Positions 37,064 to 53,583 of a stretch of DNA of 64,000 nt are shown here, one piece after another. The first letter of the stretch is position 1. Each line of letters starts with the position of its first letter. Made by a program: the position numbers and the translations under genes. The notes beneath the pieces were generated by a model that saw only the letters and a list, made by a program, of their open reading frames with translations, was not told where the DNA came from and did not search any database. The DNA is from Phoronis australis (taxonomy: Eukaryota > Animalia > Phoronida). Location: positions 1,503,036 to 1,567,035 of the forward strand of contig NMRA01000022.1 in assembly GCA_002633005.1 (NCBI GenBank), in the 5' to 3' direction.

Positions 37064-37930
37064 ATATTCACGTGTGCTCTTGCAGAAGAGGTCGGAATTA
37101 CAAATCCTCCCCTTATTCATACATTCCTTAGAAAATTTGACAATTTGAAATTGGACGTTATCGCTGAAAAAAGGTTTAGGTATGATTTCTAAGTGAACGC
37201 AATGTATTAAAAGTATAGCCCCCACAATACGTTACTAATGCGTTTATTGTGTGAAACAGTGATGATACCAGCTTCAAGTACTGAAAACGCACTTTGCACA
37301 GATGGTGAATTTAATTTAACATTACTAAGGCCACTCTGCAACCAATGAAGGCCGACTTATGTAAAGGGGGTTGCTTGCGGGCGTTTTGCTTAAAGAATGT
37401 GTCGCTCAGAGGGGTGCTAGCAAGGGTCCTGTATTTTAAGAGCCAGTTTTCTCCACGAATAACGAGCATCAAAAGTTCTCAAAATAAGGAACATCCATAA
37501 GTTATTCGAAGCAATTTCCTACGATAGCGTACGTTTTCGGATTCAAATTTCTGCGAAAGATCATAGTTTCAGACTAAAAAGTTCTCATTTTGGCTGTCGG
37601 TTACATTGTAGAGCACAGGTGTAATTTTTTTTTTGAACGTTTAGTCCCTTGATCCCGTTCAACGTTTTCATTTGAGTGCCAGTGCTTAAAATTGTTTTCC
37701 AATCTAAAAATGTTAGGCTCTATGAAAGGACACTGCTATCAGTGAGAACTCCTTACAAAAGAGTTGTTGGCACTGCGTGAATACTTTGGGAGGGTGAGTA
37801 GCTAACAAACATTCTCATTCTCAGCTGCACATATATCATCGAAAGATGGCGAAGAACCCCCGAGAGTTAACAGGTTAATGCATTACGCTCAATTTGTTGC
37901 TCATCTCTCAAACATCAGGTTATCCAGAAG

Positions 37931-39376
37931 ATGTCTGAAGAAAGAGATGGTCTTTTGAATAGCGCTGACGCAGGCAATTTGGAATATCACGAGAAGAAAC
38001 ACTACACAGTTGAAGAGGCTACAGAAAGTAATGGTTGGGGAAGATTTCAAATGACAGTGCTGTCAATCAGTGGACTGGCTTGCATCAGCGAAGCCATGGA
38101 AACCATGATAATGTCCATATTATCCCCAGCGCTGCGGTGCGCTTGGACTATGTCGAACTCGAGTCGGGCGTTAATCTTTACGCTCGCGCAGGTAGGAACA
38201 TTGCTCGCTCCCGCCTGGGGATTCTTCTGTGATAAGTATGGACGAAGGAAAGGACTTCTATTAAGCTTTTCATTGGCATTCTGTTATGGCCTATTAAGTT
38301 CGCAGTCGCCGTCTATTTACTGGTTCGCGTTGCTTCGAGGCATAGCGCGATTCAGTCAAATGTGCTCCAGTCAGCTGGGACCTTTATTTGTTGAATTCTC
38401 GTCTTCTAAGTCAAGATCGAACGTCCAGTTTCTTGCTCTTTTCTGGGACTTTGGTAACGTGTTCGTTGTTGCGGTTGCTATTTTAGTAATGCCCGCTCTT
38501 GGTTGGCGATGGCAGCTGGTCATCAGCACTATGCCAATGTTTTTCAGTTTCTGTCTATTTTATGTCTTTGTACCAGAAAGCATCCGTTACCAAGTCACAC
38601 ACGGTTACCTTGACGACGCGAGAAGAACTATCGAGAGTATGGCGCGTATCAACAAGAAGCCAATACCGGTAGGCGAGATTTACGTTGGTCATGGCTCTGC
38701 TCCATCCAGTCAGAACTCGTCCAACGATTGGAAACATCTCTTCAGCGCTCGGTTTAGAAGAAGTACCTTATCTCTTTGGTTTGTCTACTTTTGTGTAACA
38801 TTTTCCATGCATGGATTGGCACTACTTTATGGAGAACTTCTGAAAAGCGACACGGGATGTATGAATTCAACTCCCCACGACGAGGCTGAGAACTGCACCC
38901 TTGGTTGCAACGAACTGGTCGTGGCTGACTACGTTAAGATGCTTCTCGTTTCATTGAACGGATTCGCAGCTATTGGTATTGCGAGGTTACTAACAAGATT
39001 CTGCACACGCCGTAAAGCTATTGGATTGGCACTTGTATTTATTGCAGTATTTTCAAGCTTATTGTCAATGTGCGTATCAAAGACGTACCTGACAGTCGTC
39101 ATGTTGGGTGCACGTACATCCATGTCGGTTGCATGGGTGCTTCTGCACCTCTATACTAACGAACTCTACCCAACGACAATACGTGGCGCTGCCGTAGGCT
39201 GCTGCAACTCAGTGAGTCACGTTGGTGGTATGGTTGCCCCCAGTGTTGCTTTAGTTTTGGTGTATTCTTCGTTTTACGCCACCGTGGCCATTTTTGCTAC
39301 CATCCCATTACTGGCGGCAATGATTGTACTTATGTTGCCAATAGAAACTAAAAACAGGCCCATGGAAGATTTTTAG
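37931..39376 (+). CDS. SVOP-like (SV2-related) MFS transporter, single coding exon, 481 aa
   Basis: YTVEEA...GWGRFQ, EAME.MI.SILSP.L.C.W, MFS motif A (WGFFCDKYGRRKG), LGWRW, VPESIRY, YTNELYPTTIR..AVG and LPIETKNR, with about 12 hydrophobic segments. Confidence 0.9.
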   Translation: MSEERDGLLNSADAGNLEYHEKKHYTVEEATESNGWGRFQMTVLSISGLACISEAMETMIMSILSPALRCAWTMSNSSRALIFTLAQVGTLLAPAWGFFCDKYGRRKGLLLSFSLAFCYGLLSSQSPSIYWFALLRGIARFSQMCSSQLGPLFVEFSSSKSRSNVQFLALFWDFGNVFVVAVAILVMPALGWRWQLVISTMPMFFSFCLFYVFVPESIRYQVTHGYLDDARRTIESMARINKKPIPVGEIYVGHGSAPSSQNSSNDWKHLFSARFRRSTLSLWFVYFCVTFSMHGLALLYGELLKSDTGCMNSTPHDEAENCTLGCNELVVADYVKMLLVSLNGFAAIGIARLLTRFCTRRKAIGLALVFIAVFSSLLSMCVSKTYLTVVMLGARTSMSVAWVLLHLYTNELYPTTIRGAAVGCCNSVSHVGGMVAPSVALVLVYSSFYATVAIFATIPLLAAMIVLMLPIETKNRPMEDF

Positions 39377-40087
39377 TGTAAAAGTACTGAGTTAGAACCT
39401 TCAGTCACATGCAACTAACAGGAATTCGAAAGCCGCCGGGACTGGATTCAGTTGACAACCCTTTTGCCACCAGTCTGCGTGTGAAAAGATTTAAATTAAC
39501 CTTTAGTTGAATTTGCTTGGTGGAAACAATGTTGTATATCAAAACTGGTGTAAATGGACTTTTTGGCAGTCACGCTTTGATGCCAGGTGCCGGCTCCGTA
39601 AACGCAAGACACTGGCCATAAGTAAAAGCAAGGTCAAGATCATTCAAAATCTCTTGACTGGCAGGCGAGTGTTTGCGAGAATATTCGAGACCTTAGTTGC
39701 TGCTCAAGTGATTGGTCGGCAAGGGTGGAATATTGAATTTGGGAAACTTTCTGTCCTCCGTTTCGTGAACAAAGATTTCTGGCTGCATGCTTCTCTCTAG
39801 TTTCTTACTATACGTCTACGGTANATTTTAGTAGGCAAGGTGTGCGGCTGCGAGATTCTTTCTCCAGGCACTACAAATTTCTTTCCAAAACATTTTACAC
39901 TGCAGTAACTCAAAGTACAGTAATCAGATATTCTTTAAAGTGAAAACTAAGAATGCATTTCAAATACTGTATAGTACACAAAATAGATAGATATATTTAC
40001 AAAAGTTGCATCATGCAGCATAAATGTACATACAGAGGTAGAATGCCAGCTAGCTGGAGGAAGACTGTCGTCAACATACAGCTAGCT

Positions 40088-40358
40088 TAGGCGGATTTAG
40101 GGGGGCCCACCGCCAGGTCGTGAGTTCGAGTCTATGGTATTTGCAGTTTTCCCTGTTTTACACGTTTTCCGTGTTTGTTTTTTTTTTGGATAATACTTCA
40201 GGAATCAAGGAAAATGCTTGATTTTTAGAGGAAAAAACAGAAAAATTTCCTGGACCTCCCCCCATTTGGTGCTATGCGCATCTACAACCGTGGTTTGCGC
40301 AAATGCTTACAGACAAAATGTTGGGCCCCTTGTGATGTCCTAGTAAGATCCGCCACTG
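40088..40358. mobile_element. GGCGGAT-type MITE
   Basis: Termini ggcggatttaggggg / gatccgccactg, with AGCTA on both flanks. Confidence 0.55.
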
Positions 40359-41605
40359 AGCTAGGTAGCTGTGTGAAGAGCTCACCGTTAGACACCGAAA
40401 TTTTCAACACAACCCCGGTGCTCAGCTTGTCACCTTGTTGTGAAACTTAGAGCTAACAACCTAAACGGGCACACGCAGGATCTGGGAATGTACCGACATT
40501 CACCTTGCCCGTTACAGCCGTTTATAGAAGTAAAAAGATAATCTAATAAACGTATTTTTCGTAATTCTCCGCCTTTTGTAACAAAAAAACCTGTGGTCGT
40601 TTTGAAAACAGTGCATACTTTTGACACGCGCACGTACGCGGTATTTCCGAAAATTTTGCAATATCTCTCGAGAGTTTTTTCTGAAATTGAGTTTTCTGAT
40701 AATAAAATAGTAAAAACTTGTAATGAAATGAAACCACTTGCTATTGTTATGACACGTTCGCAACCTCGCATTTGATGGAATAACGTGGAAAATGGCCAAT
40801 AGGTGATGCAATGGCACCCAAATTTAGCAGCAGACTACAGGTAAATGAAGAACGCCAACTTTCCAACAGCAGGGTAATTAATTTAGTTTACTCAAGGAAG
40901 AGTAAGAATTTTTTAAAGAGGCATCATTAACTTTGGCGGCGACAGGCCCGATGAATTATATACGTGACAGAAGCCGGAGGGAGTGAAATTAAGCCGACGG
41001 AATGACGTCACCCAGACCATTGAGTCGATGAACTAACGTCACCAAGTCCAGTACGATAATGGGCCCCCTCCCTCCGCGTCCGCGAAAAAACGGCCCGTGA
41101 GAAAAACAAATAGTCACCTGGGGCGCAACAAAGGTCGGTAGTGAGGCGGGTGAGATAGAGTTTGTGCAAACGATGCATTTTATATAATAGATGTTATGGG
41201 CTAACTAGATAGTCCTAGCAAAGCTTTTGTATCATGCATAAGAAAAACGCGAGTTCAATCACGCAAATACAAGCCCGTCAAATGATAGGTGAAGTTGCCT
41301 TTTCGTCACCTCCAGATCTCTGCATAAAACAACCAAAGGCCGATAATAGTATTGATAGGCCGGATCTGAATAGAACATCATTGCGTTCGGGTGTGATCGC
41401 ACGGGTTTGAAGTAAAAGGTGATTCTCGCGGTGACGTAATTAATAGCTTACGGGTCTATTTTAATTTTTGGGAAGGTATGTATATTGTATTTCTTCGGGG
41501 AAAAACACGTGTCCTCAACCGGTCTTGCGTTCACCGACTGTGATATAGAGCGCCATCTTTAGTTTATCCCTCACAGATCCGCTTCATTTCAATCTTGACA
41601 GTTAC

Positions 41606-41768
41606 CAAGTGCGGATCCAGGATTTTGAGTTACTAGTAGGAGGCCAGGGCAAAGTACTAGCCAGGATTTTGCCCGTCAGACATTCGCACTCCAGAACTGT
41701 CAACTAGAATCTGGAAGATGTTAGGGGAGTCATGGCCGCTTGCCCCCCTCCCTTAAATCGGCCACTGG
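41606..41768. mobile_element. ~160-bp MITE (copy 2 of 3)
   Basis: caagtgcggatccaggattttgagtt...aaatcggccactg. Flanks gttac/gtaac. Confidence 0.75.
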
Positions 41769-41879
41769 TAACAACAAGCACAGCATCCAACAGCGGGTCG
41801 CTGTCTGCTCCGCACCCTCCAAGCAGTACTTCTGTTATGAACAAGTTGTACTACGATCCTAGGCATTCAAGAAGTTTTG

Positions 41880-42440
41880 GAGGAATAGACTCCACTCAAC
41901 GATCAGCCTGAAAGGCACTGAGTGAAGAAAAGGATTGTGAAAAAGTTGTCTTATAGTAACCAAAACACTTGCGTTCGCCACAAACCACTGATTAGAAGTT
42001 TTACGAGACGACGCGTTATCGTTGGATCCATTGACCAGGCAAACCTTGTAGACGTGTTCAAGTTGGCAAAATTTAACGACGGTCACAGACACATTGCTAC
42101 CTGTATAGACGTACTCTCGAAATCCTTTTGCTGTTCTGTTCCACTCCGAGACAAGGCTTAGTTTAGGCTTTCACACGTACTTTCGCCAGTGGACGGAAAC
42201 GAAATTCCGTGAAGACAGTCAAAGGGTTTACGAACCGTGTCCTTCAGGAATTTCTCAAAGAGGAAGGGGTTGGCTTCTTCACTACACATAATGAAAAGAC
42301 AATGACAAGCCTCGCAGAACGCTTTTATCGCACTTTAAAAACGAAAATGTAGTGGAAGTTCATTACATTTGAAAACATCTTGCGATACGTACGTTGGCGC
42401 ATTACACGATCTAGTGAGGCCCTACAACACCTTAGTCCCT
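41880..42440 (+). pseudogene. Polinton/Maverick retroviral-like integrase remnant
   Basis: RRRVIVGSID..ANLVDV.KLAKFNDGHRHIATCIDVLSK...VPLRDK, GRKRNSVKTVKG and FTNRVLQEFLKEEGVGFFTTHNEKT.SLAERFYRTLKTKM*WK. Contains frameshifts and deletions. Confidence 0.85.
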
Positions 42441-42464
42441 CAAGACAACGCCGTCGTCTGTCAC

Positions 42465-43549
42465 ACGAGCTAATCACTAGAGACGTGTCTATGGCCGGCA
42501 AAGCGGTTTTGTTTCAAAATGTATTTTCACCCTAACCAACGTTTACACAAAACTGAAACAAAGTGTGTCCCAATAGATGTTTTGAGAAATCAACAATGAA
42601 TAAATCATGCTGTTATATCCGGGCTTTAGATGCAATCATAAAACTAATGGACCCCCATGTGAGCGTATGCCAATTCAGCGTAGTTGCTGGCAGAAAGATG
42701 TTGTGAAACTGTAACCCTATTTTATATGGTATGGTCAGATGTTAGAGGAATCTTTATTTAGATATACATACATTATTCGAATCATTCTTATTGTACACCT
42801 TTTCCCTGTATGGTTCTGTGCCGGGAAGGGGAACTTGGCTTCGCGGCACCCGACGAGTAAATAGATTTGCAATTTCGCGGCGAATTCACCAAAATATTCA
42901 AATGCACCCTACTTATTTGATTCACTAGTCTAGTCCTTCCGTCACAGGAAGTTTAGTTTTCAACTTTCGCACCAGACTAACCCGGCTGGTTTATGTTCGC
43001 AATCCCTCCAGTCCGGCCGCGACGGGCTAGATCGTATTCCGAGCCATTGGGTTATAAACGAGCGTTTTGTGTTTAGATCAGATGAAATTCGTAAGTTTAA
43101 AATTACAACACACTGCTATGCTCTCCTCAGTGTCTGTACTTCGGGGAAGAATAATTCAAATTTATCACCGAACAGACTCCAAGCCTTCTTCCACCGTTCT
43201 CGGCGGTACGTTGGCCTATCCACGTGAACTCTGTAAGCTATGGTACGTTCAAAATTTCTATTTATCCGTAACAGCAAAATAAAACGACTTATTTGTTTAA
43301 AAACTCAATGTTTTTGTAAAGGTTTTACATCAAATTTTGATAGTTTATTGGTGTAAAACGATGAATACAAGCTGACTCAAATAAGCGTCTCCTCGTCGCA
43401 CTGCTCAGCAGACTGTGTTAGAACTTGTTAATTTCAGCACTTCCGTCTGCCGTCTAGGGTCAGATCACAAGAACTGGACTTGCTGTTATGTTGTGTAACT
43501 ACTGGATCTAAATTGATACAAAGTACGTTGTTTTTGGTGGCATTCTCCT
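42465..43549 (+). mobile_element. Second, diverged copy of the right part of the Kolobok element
   Basis: Colinear similarity to ~18895-20067 (tcaccctaaccaa, cttcgcggc.cccgac, gtttagttttcaact, cggccgcgacgggc, tccgtctgccgtc, gatctaaattgatacaaa). Same terminus ggtggcattctcct followed by TTAA. Confidence 0.8.
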
Positions 43550-44539
43550 TTAAACTTGATAGACGGAGCATGTGAGCAAGTAGTGAGCATCATTATTAGT
43601 TACATGTACCTCACACTTAGTGTTTGTAAAGTTGGTAAAATTCTGATGGAACTTCTGTGAATTGAGGTAAAACCCTGCTCTCACACCATAGACATAATTT
43701 AGTGGTAGGAGAGTAGTTAGACGTCATCTTTATTAAAGAAATAGTATAAACACGATTTTTAATGATGACGTTAATTGGACTACTTTAAGTAGGTGGTAAA
43801 TTATTCCACAAAACGAAACCGATGCATTAAGTTTTGATTGATTAAGGTAGTTCCCTTTGGTTTCAGTAACGGACTTTGAATGTGGTACATGTAGATAATT
43901 GGTCTGCCAGTCATGATGCGGGCGAACACTTAACAACGGTCTAGACTGATATCTGATCTGTAGCCACGAGTTAAAACAAAACGGGAGGTCTTAGTAATGT
44001 CTTTATATTCTATTGGCATTTACATATCATTTTCAGCCACATTCCACAGCACAATGCAAGTCTGCAAGAAAGTTAAAAATATTGAGGGACACACGAACAC
44101 CAGCTAATCACCTTTACTGATTTGCAAGGTGACTTTGAGAGCAGCCAATGTCTCTCAAACAAAACATTTGAAAATATTATCTACCTGCAGCCTCGTCATA
44201 AAAATCATGAAATTTGCCAATCAACTCAAACTGGTCTTAAAATTTTCTTGTTATGATAGCAATTGGCTTCCACTTTCTACCATAAAAACAAGCCATAAGA
44301 CTACTACTACTCACTCCCTGAATGATCTGTAAGGGATAAAATTCTCGTCATGGTAAGTAAAGTTTTGTGATATATGTTTGTGGGTCAGGCACCAGGTTTA
44401 GGTGATGAGCAAAGGGGAGATCTCCTTTTAAGCCATTGTGCTGAGTTTAATGAGTGTTCTAATTCTAATTCAAGAAGAGTTCAGTGACTCTTCTGTAGAA
44501 TGTTACACATCCTTCACACCACCTAACAGTGTTGAACAA

Positions 44540-47387
<2,848 letters not shown>

Positions 47388-50300
47388 ATTGTCTTTTGGA
47401 AAACGTGAAATGGAATGTAAATTCGTTGCACCATAGACAGGTTGCACCCGGTCTTTCGCAATGGTGACGATTAGCCTAACGTTGAAATTGGGAACTAATC
47501 CAGTTTCGCCCTCTGGTGACGAATCACGGACTGTCGGATACTGAGTGATGAAGGCCGGGTGTATTATCTAGGATACAACATAAAGATGCTGGGATGGAAG
47601 GAGCATTATAGTCCTAGATATCTATAATGTTGTCAGTCTATATTAGAAAACACTTCATTTTACTTCTAGCATATCCTGAGAAAGAAGAAGAAGATGTATT
47701 TACCAATATAGGCCTACACTGCACGTAGCCTACTGTCGTGCGGGCTCTTTGTCATGCGGGTCCGGCCTTTTAGTGACAATTGAATAGGGTCTACTGTATG
47801 TTTTGCCTCGGCATATCGTTTCCAAGTATGGTGGGAGAAAACTCAAAATTCGCACACAACGCAATTTTAGGATAATTAATAAATTATTTTAAGAATTTAT
47901 TGTGCCGTTAAAAACAGTTGAGTCCGGCGCCGGCCGCGGCGCCTCGGGTCACACTTTACACTTCAACCCTATTCACTGATAAGGAATGAGACCGATTTTC
48001 ATTTATTTTTTCATGTTTTTGCAACCAAGTACTGAGGATATGTAGTTTTAAGTATGTTTTACATGACTTTATAGTGGATCTTTTTTACGTAGGCCCTATC
48101 TGCTGACAAGGCCAGTGGGTACAGCTCGTCATTACAGCTCCAGTCAACCTTAAACACCCAAGAAGGTACTGGTGGTTTTATGTCAAGATTTTGCCTTCCA
48201 TAAGGACTCTAGAAGCGAATTCGTAATACTGTCGCTAGTCCCCTTCCGGTTGTGCATTGATGAGTTACTGAATAGGCCTAGTCAGTGTAGGGATGAAGTT
48301 CATCACTCAGTATGATGAGCACGATGCAACCTTTTTTCAAGCCACTCAGGTTGTGTTAACATTTTAAGCAAATCAATGTTTTAGAATGTCTTGGTTTGCC
48401 AGTTTCCAAATGAAAGAGCCAAAATGGCGGGTGTAGGGTGAATCTGAAATTTGCGTCCGCTGGGGGGCCGGGTGCGAATTTTTTGCCGGGGAGAAGGCAG
48501 TTTTCAATGATTTCGGAAAATTACAATTGAAAATGCTCTGGCTGTATCAAAAATATATTGCACTGTAGATCACACCCGAAAATGTTGTTAAGGGATGATT
48601 TTGACCCAAAATTTGGATGTATTTGGTGCGACAATTAATTACAAAAAACATCATGTTGACGTGTTTAGTGAATTAAATGAAGAAAAGTAATTCAAAATTA
48701 AAGCGAAATCTACGAAATGCACAAAATCCTCAGTTATTCAACATTGGTTCAAAACTGGATGAAGTTGAATTGAGGGTTTTTGAAATTTAAAGCTATCTAT
48801 TTTGGAAGTACTCATTTCATCGAAACTGGAAGACTGCACCAATGTTGGACTCGAAAAAACACAAGTTAGTGACAACCGACGATTCGTTACCGTCAAAGTG
48901 GTACAAAGTCGACCTGTGTTAATTACGTGCTATAAACATAATGATTTTTGAATCCCCGCGGGAAGAATGGAAAAATGATTCGCCTAGTAGGCTACTGCAT
49001 GCATGAACGCAATTCAGTTGTTTTGAAAATAGATATGACTGGATTTTGGATGGAAAGTGAAAGCCTGTCACCTAGTGAGCATTGCACGTGCTCCGTGACA
49101 ACAGGGCTTAGTGGTTAGCTCTTCGTTTGTTGCAAATATGCAGTTTTATTCAGATTAAACCGATTTTCTCTAGCGATACATTTCACCTTTATTTTACACG
49201 TCGGTAACTACCGGCCCTGGTACACACGTTTGTGTTATCATGATCAGAGTTAGTCAGCCGGTACATGTTAAGTTAGTGCTCCATGGAGAACTTAAAATTT
49301 AATCATTCGGTTTATCTTTGTAATAAAGTTCGCTTTTCGTTGTGTGAAGATTAAATCTGCATTTCTTTTGTCCTGACACTCACGACAACTGCGTGAGTAG
49401 GCCACATAGCTATTGTGTGTTTGATTTGGCCTTTGTTTGCAAAGGTATATGTTTATCTACCTGTAGACTTATGCGCATGCGTGGTTTCTACGGCTACGTA
49501 CCCATAGAAAACAGCGCTTGGAGCGGAGGGGGTTTATCATTCATTCTCACCTCATCAATGTGTAATAAACTTCACAGTGCCACATGGTTTCGTCAAGTTA
49601 TGAAGATTGATTTTGGTCGCATGTCACTGAAGAAAAGTGAGTATATTCAACGACTATTGACGTCCAGCAAACTCCAGTACTTTTCAAAAAGTACTCTTGA
49701 TGTTGAAGTGCGGAGCATAAGCCGATTAACCGTCTTGTTTTCATTTCATATTGGGGCAGTTGTAGTAATGTGACTTATCGATTCGTGGATTACAAGTCAA
49801 ATCAATTTCTTGCGTATGATGTAGTGTATAGAGCTAATATAATGCCAATGGGTTGAGATCATTCTTGACAACGCTGTCGGCCAATTTAAATTAAGGTTGT
49901 TCTAAGTTAGTGTATTACACTAATAGGACCGACTTCCGTGCAACAAATCGCGTCCGGTACCGGTTCCCCTCAGCCCTGTAGTGGAAATACAAATCATTAA
50001 TTCCATGGCTTATTTGTATGGTGACATGTGAATTTGTTCCTGATTGGGTTGTTATTCAACGTGTAATTGGGCAGAAAAGTGGACCAGACCAGCGTGTAGT
50101 CAGCTTTGGCCAATACGATCACTAAAGTAACTGAAGCGCAACATAGCGAGACCTTGTGTGGGCTGCACTCCGCCGCCGGGCCAAGTTTCTTCCAAGGAAA
50201 GTGAGATTGAAGATGTATCGCCATGCGTTACAACCGAAGGACGTGATCACGCTATGCTTTTCTCCCAAATGTCCTAGGTTTATGAAACGTAGCCCTGCCC

Positions 50301-51355
50301 GGGACTAAAAACATGAGAACCCGACACTGAGGAAGGTCGGCCCGCAATCCCCGGAATCATCACCAAATATTCTTTAGGCCTTTGGCTCGACTAATAAAAC
50401 TAAGTCATCGTCTTTCAATAAGTCTTCCATTCAGCAAAATAATTACAAAAATATTGATTTAAATCAGGGAAATTATTTGAAAGTGAAAATCCAGTAGAAA
50501 TTGATTTTTGATTTTATACCAAGTGGCTCATGTTACCATCTTTTTATTAGAATTTGTCAAAAAAATACAACAGTACCGGTAACACGACCAAATTTCGTTT
50601 GATAAATATTCAAGCTTCAATCTCAAAATCGCTTTAAAGTTGTTCATAAAAATCCTATCACATTTTCATAGACCCTCATGCAAAGGTGGGACATTTCAAA
50701 AACAATCCTTATCCTAAAAAGTGTTCGGAGAACAGTACAAAAAGCATGGCATCTGGAAGTTTCATAGGAATGCAACCATAATATGATGTTTCAAAGTTGG
50801 CCAAATATGGACATGTTAGTAAAATCATAAACAGTAAATTTTGCTGTCAAGAACATGTCAATTCTATAAGGATTTAGTTATTGACCAGAACGAACTCGGA
50901 ATTTACATTGAGTATGTGTAATACCAACTTTGCAATTTGAGTGCGGCCTCGTTTTCACGGCAATAATGTGAGGCCGCACCGGTGTATCCAGGTAACCACT
51001 CTGTTACACCTGACTGTGATAATGACAATCACAAACAATGTTCTTCCCTTTGATTGTGAACAGTGGCGTACTCAGGGGGTTATAAATTTGAAATGTGTCG
51101 TTATTCGATCGGATGCATGTGGCGATTATAAAATAAAACAATTATTCTTCGTTCACTTATCGTTTGTTTGAAATGGACCACTTATAATAATTAGAATGTA
51201 TATTGTGTAACGCACTGAGGAAAATGCACATTAATGTTAATGTCTTCCATTTTATTATTGTCCAGTGTATGCCTTACTATGAATATGATTTTCTTTGTTC
51301 ATTTTCAGGAATCTGAACAAGTTTTCGATCACCGCGACAGCGACTGAGAAGACGC

Positions 51356-53583
51356 ATGGCGACGGCCACAGAAGTTCGTAAATCTAGTCTTTCCAGAAGC
51401 GCTGACAGTATCTATCAGATAAATCCCTTCGGATTTGAATCCCAAACAAAATTCTACGCTGCCAAACACTTGCTTCAGAACAGGAGTGATAGTCGTGTGG
51501 TAAAACCCAAACCGAGAGACAATGACATCTGGAAGCGACCTCCTCCGGATTTTAGGATTCAAGTTTATGAGCCAAACCCTCCTCCACGAAATTCACGCCA
51601 AGCTATGCAACCGTGGAAGTACGGGCCGAATATGAAACCCGTAATAAATTTGTCAAGGAGCTCAGACGATATTCTACCGAAGATATTACAGCGTAAAAGA
51701 CCACAGAGTCCGCATATTACGACCTCTGGGTTCAATATACCTGGACCCTTTGAGGCAAAAGTACTATTTGTGCAACATGGACAATTTCCAGCTGGAAAAT
51801 ACTCATCACCAAAACCACACGATCACCGAGGGGTAAGTAAAAATGTCACGATTTTGAAATGCGAATCGGTTTTTATTTCAGTGTTTTAAATTATTAGCAC
51901 CTACGTATTTTCATTTTGAAGATATCTAATCACAAGCTGCACGTAGCTTTATTCTTGCGTTTACGTTTTTAGCGTAGCTAGTTGTTGATATACACATGTT
52001 CCAACATTGCATAGATATTTATATTGACTTTTATTCGCTTTCAGTACGTTCCAATTCAGTCCCTAGGCTTGCCCGAGTTCGACACATCGTACGAGAGCGA
52101 CCCCTACGACATTAGATTTAAGTCACAGCGTCTCACAACAAGTGAGTAATACAACACCGGCAATGTCCATTCAGTGCGTGAAAAAGCGGAAATGCATTTC
52201 AATATTGACATTGGTTATGTTCACTTTTAGCGGTTTATGTCGATGTACAGCATGCGCTAAGGATATTGAGCCACGGCATTAATTTAAACGGTAAAATGGC
52301 GCACCGCTGCACGGGGGAGCACCATAGGGGGCTGGGAGGGCTATAGCCCCCACTTTTTAGTGCTATGCCGCCCATGATCCATGGGTGGTGCACCACAGGA
52401 GGCTGGGGGGGCTATAGCCCCACTTTTTTCTGTGCTGCGCCACCCATGAATATGATGCAATTAACTTGCTTCCGTCAAGGTAGGAAATATCCTGCTACTG
52501 ATAGCTTCATTAGGTTGGCCTAAATAGCACGAACTTCGTAGATTGTGGAGTTCTAACCAGTTCTCCTTCAAGTCTTTCTGTAGTTCTAAATGGTTGACTT
52601 TTCGCAAACGATTGGTTGCCTACGGTGCCATCATTTTCAATGGTCGGAAGACTTTCGTCACAAGTAGTGCGAGCGATCTTTATCAAAATGGGAAGCCTGA
52701 TAATATTTTGATATACTTTTTGCAGTTTATAACATGAAGCAGCCACCGCCACGTGACGTCACAGGTCGACAGATGGGTAGGCCGTTGTCTTCGAAATTAA
52801 AATGGGACCCGGCGCTCATAATGCCGAAAGAAAAGTGGCCAAATAAAAGTTATGCTACGACGGTAAGTTGCACGATTTGTCTTGTCAGGAACCACTTCAG
52901 CTGACGTTAATTCTGTAACGTTATTTCTTGAAATTATCATGGCACATCGGGCCAAGAAACAACACAGCATCATAGGCTAAGTCGACCGTAAACTGCAATA
53001 CAATGCACCCCTGCTCTTAATATGCACCAAATGAAGCAAATGAGAATGTTTTTCTCAACATTTATGAACATTGTTGGTGAAGTTTGCGCTTTTATAACTC
53101 ACGCACATGCTGTGTTTTACAACAGTCCGCAACGATGAGGCTGCTGCAGAGGTCGCAATAGGCTAATGTAAATTATAAGTCCAGTGGTCACTATTGATCA
53201 CTTACAAAGGTCTCGGATTTTGTGAGTTATGCTTGACGCGCGCTAGAAAAGTGGTTCTCAAAATGCGGAACCTAGTAAGCGACTGGTGCCCAAGCTGCTA
53301 CAAAACCGTCATAAATATCCTTGTCTATTACGCGATACGGAAAACGACAGCACTTTTTGCAGTATACACAGTGCAGCAACAACTTCTTGTATAAAACGTT
53401 TTCAAGACTTTGCCAAGGAATGTGTATCACCGTCTCCGTTCTTGTTTCCAGAGGCACAGACGCTTGAATCGCTCTGTTCACAGTGCCTTCATGGAAAGAG
53501 TTGAAGACAAATTGTCCGCACAGTGGGCTAAAGAGAAACTGGAAGCAAAGTTAGCCGAGTTTGAGGGAAAGAGCGACCAGTAA
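51356..53583 (+). CDS. Conserved uncharacterised protein, C7orf78-like; exons 51356-51832, 52045-52141, 52726-52862, 53452-53583
   Basis: Four phase-compatible GT-AG exons. Motifs DIWKRPPPDF, FVQHGQFPAGKYSSPKPHDHRGY, LPEFDTSYESDPYDIRFKSQRL, KWDPALIMPKEKWP and RHRR...SAFMERVEDKL. The family name is recalled from memory. Confidence 0.75.
52310..52449. repeat. Head-to-tail dimer of a ~68-bp mini-MITE
   Basis: Two copies of ca(c/t)ggg..gcacca.agg.ggctggg.gggctatagcccc(c)actttt..gtgct..gcc.cccatg, each with short inverted termini. Confidence 0.7.

Noticed and set aside
37846-37930. Upstream ATG mini-exon extending the SVOP-like ORF
   Set aside because: The obvious donor/acceptor pair puts it out of frame with the main ORF.
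40105-40136. tRNA-like B-box (ggtcgtgagttcgagtc)
   Set aside because: No cloverleaf or A-box can be built; at most a SINE fragment inside a MITE.
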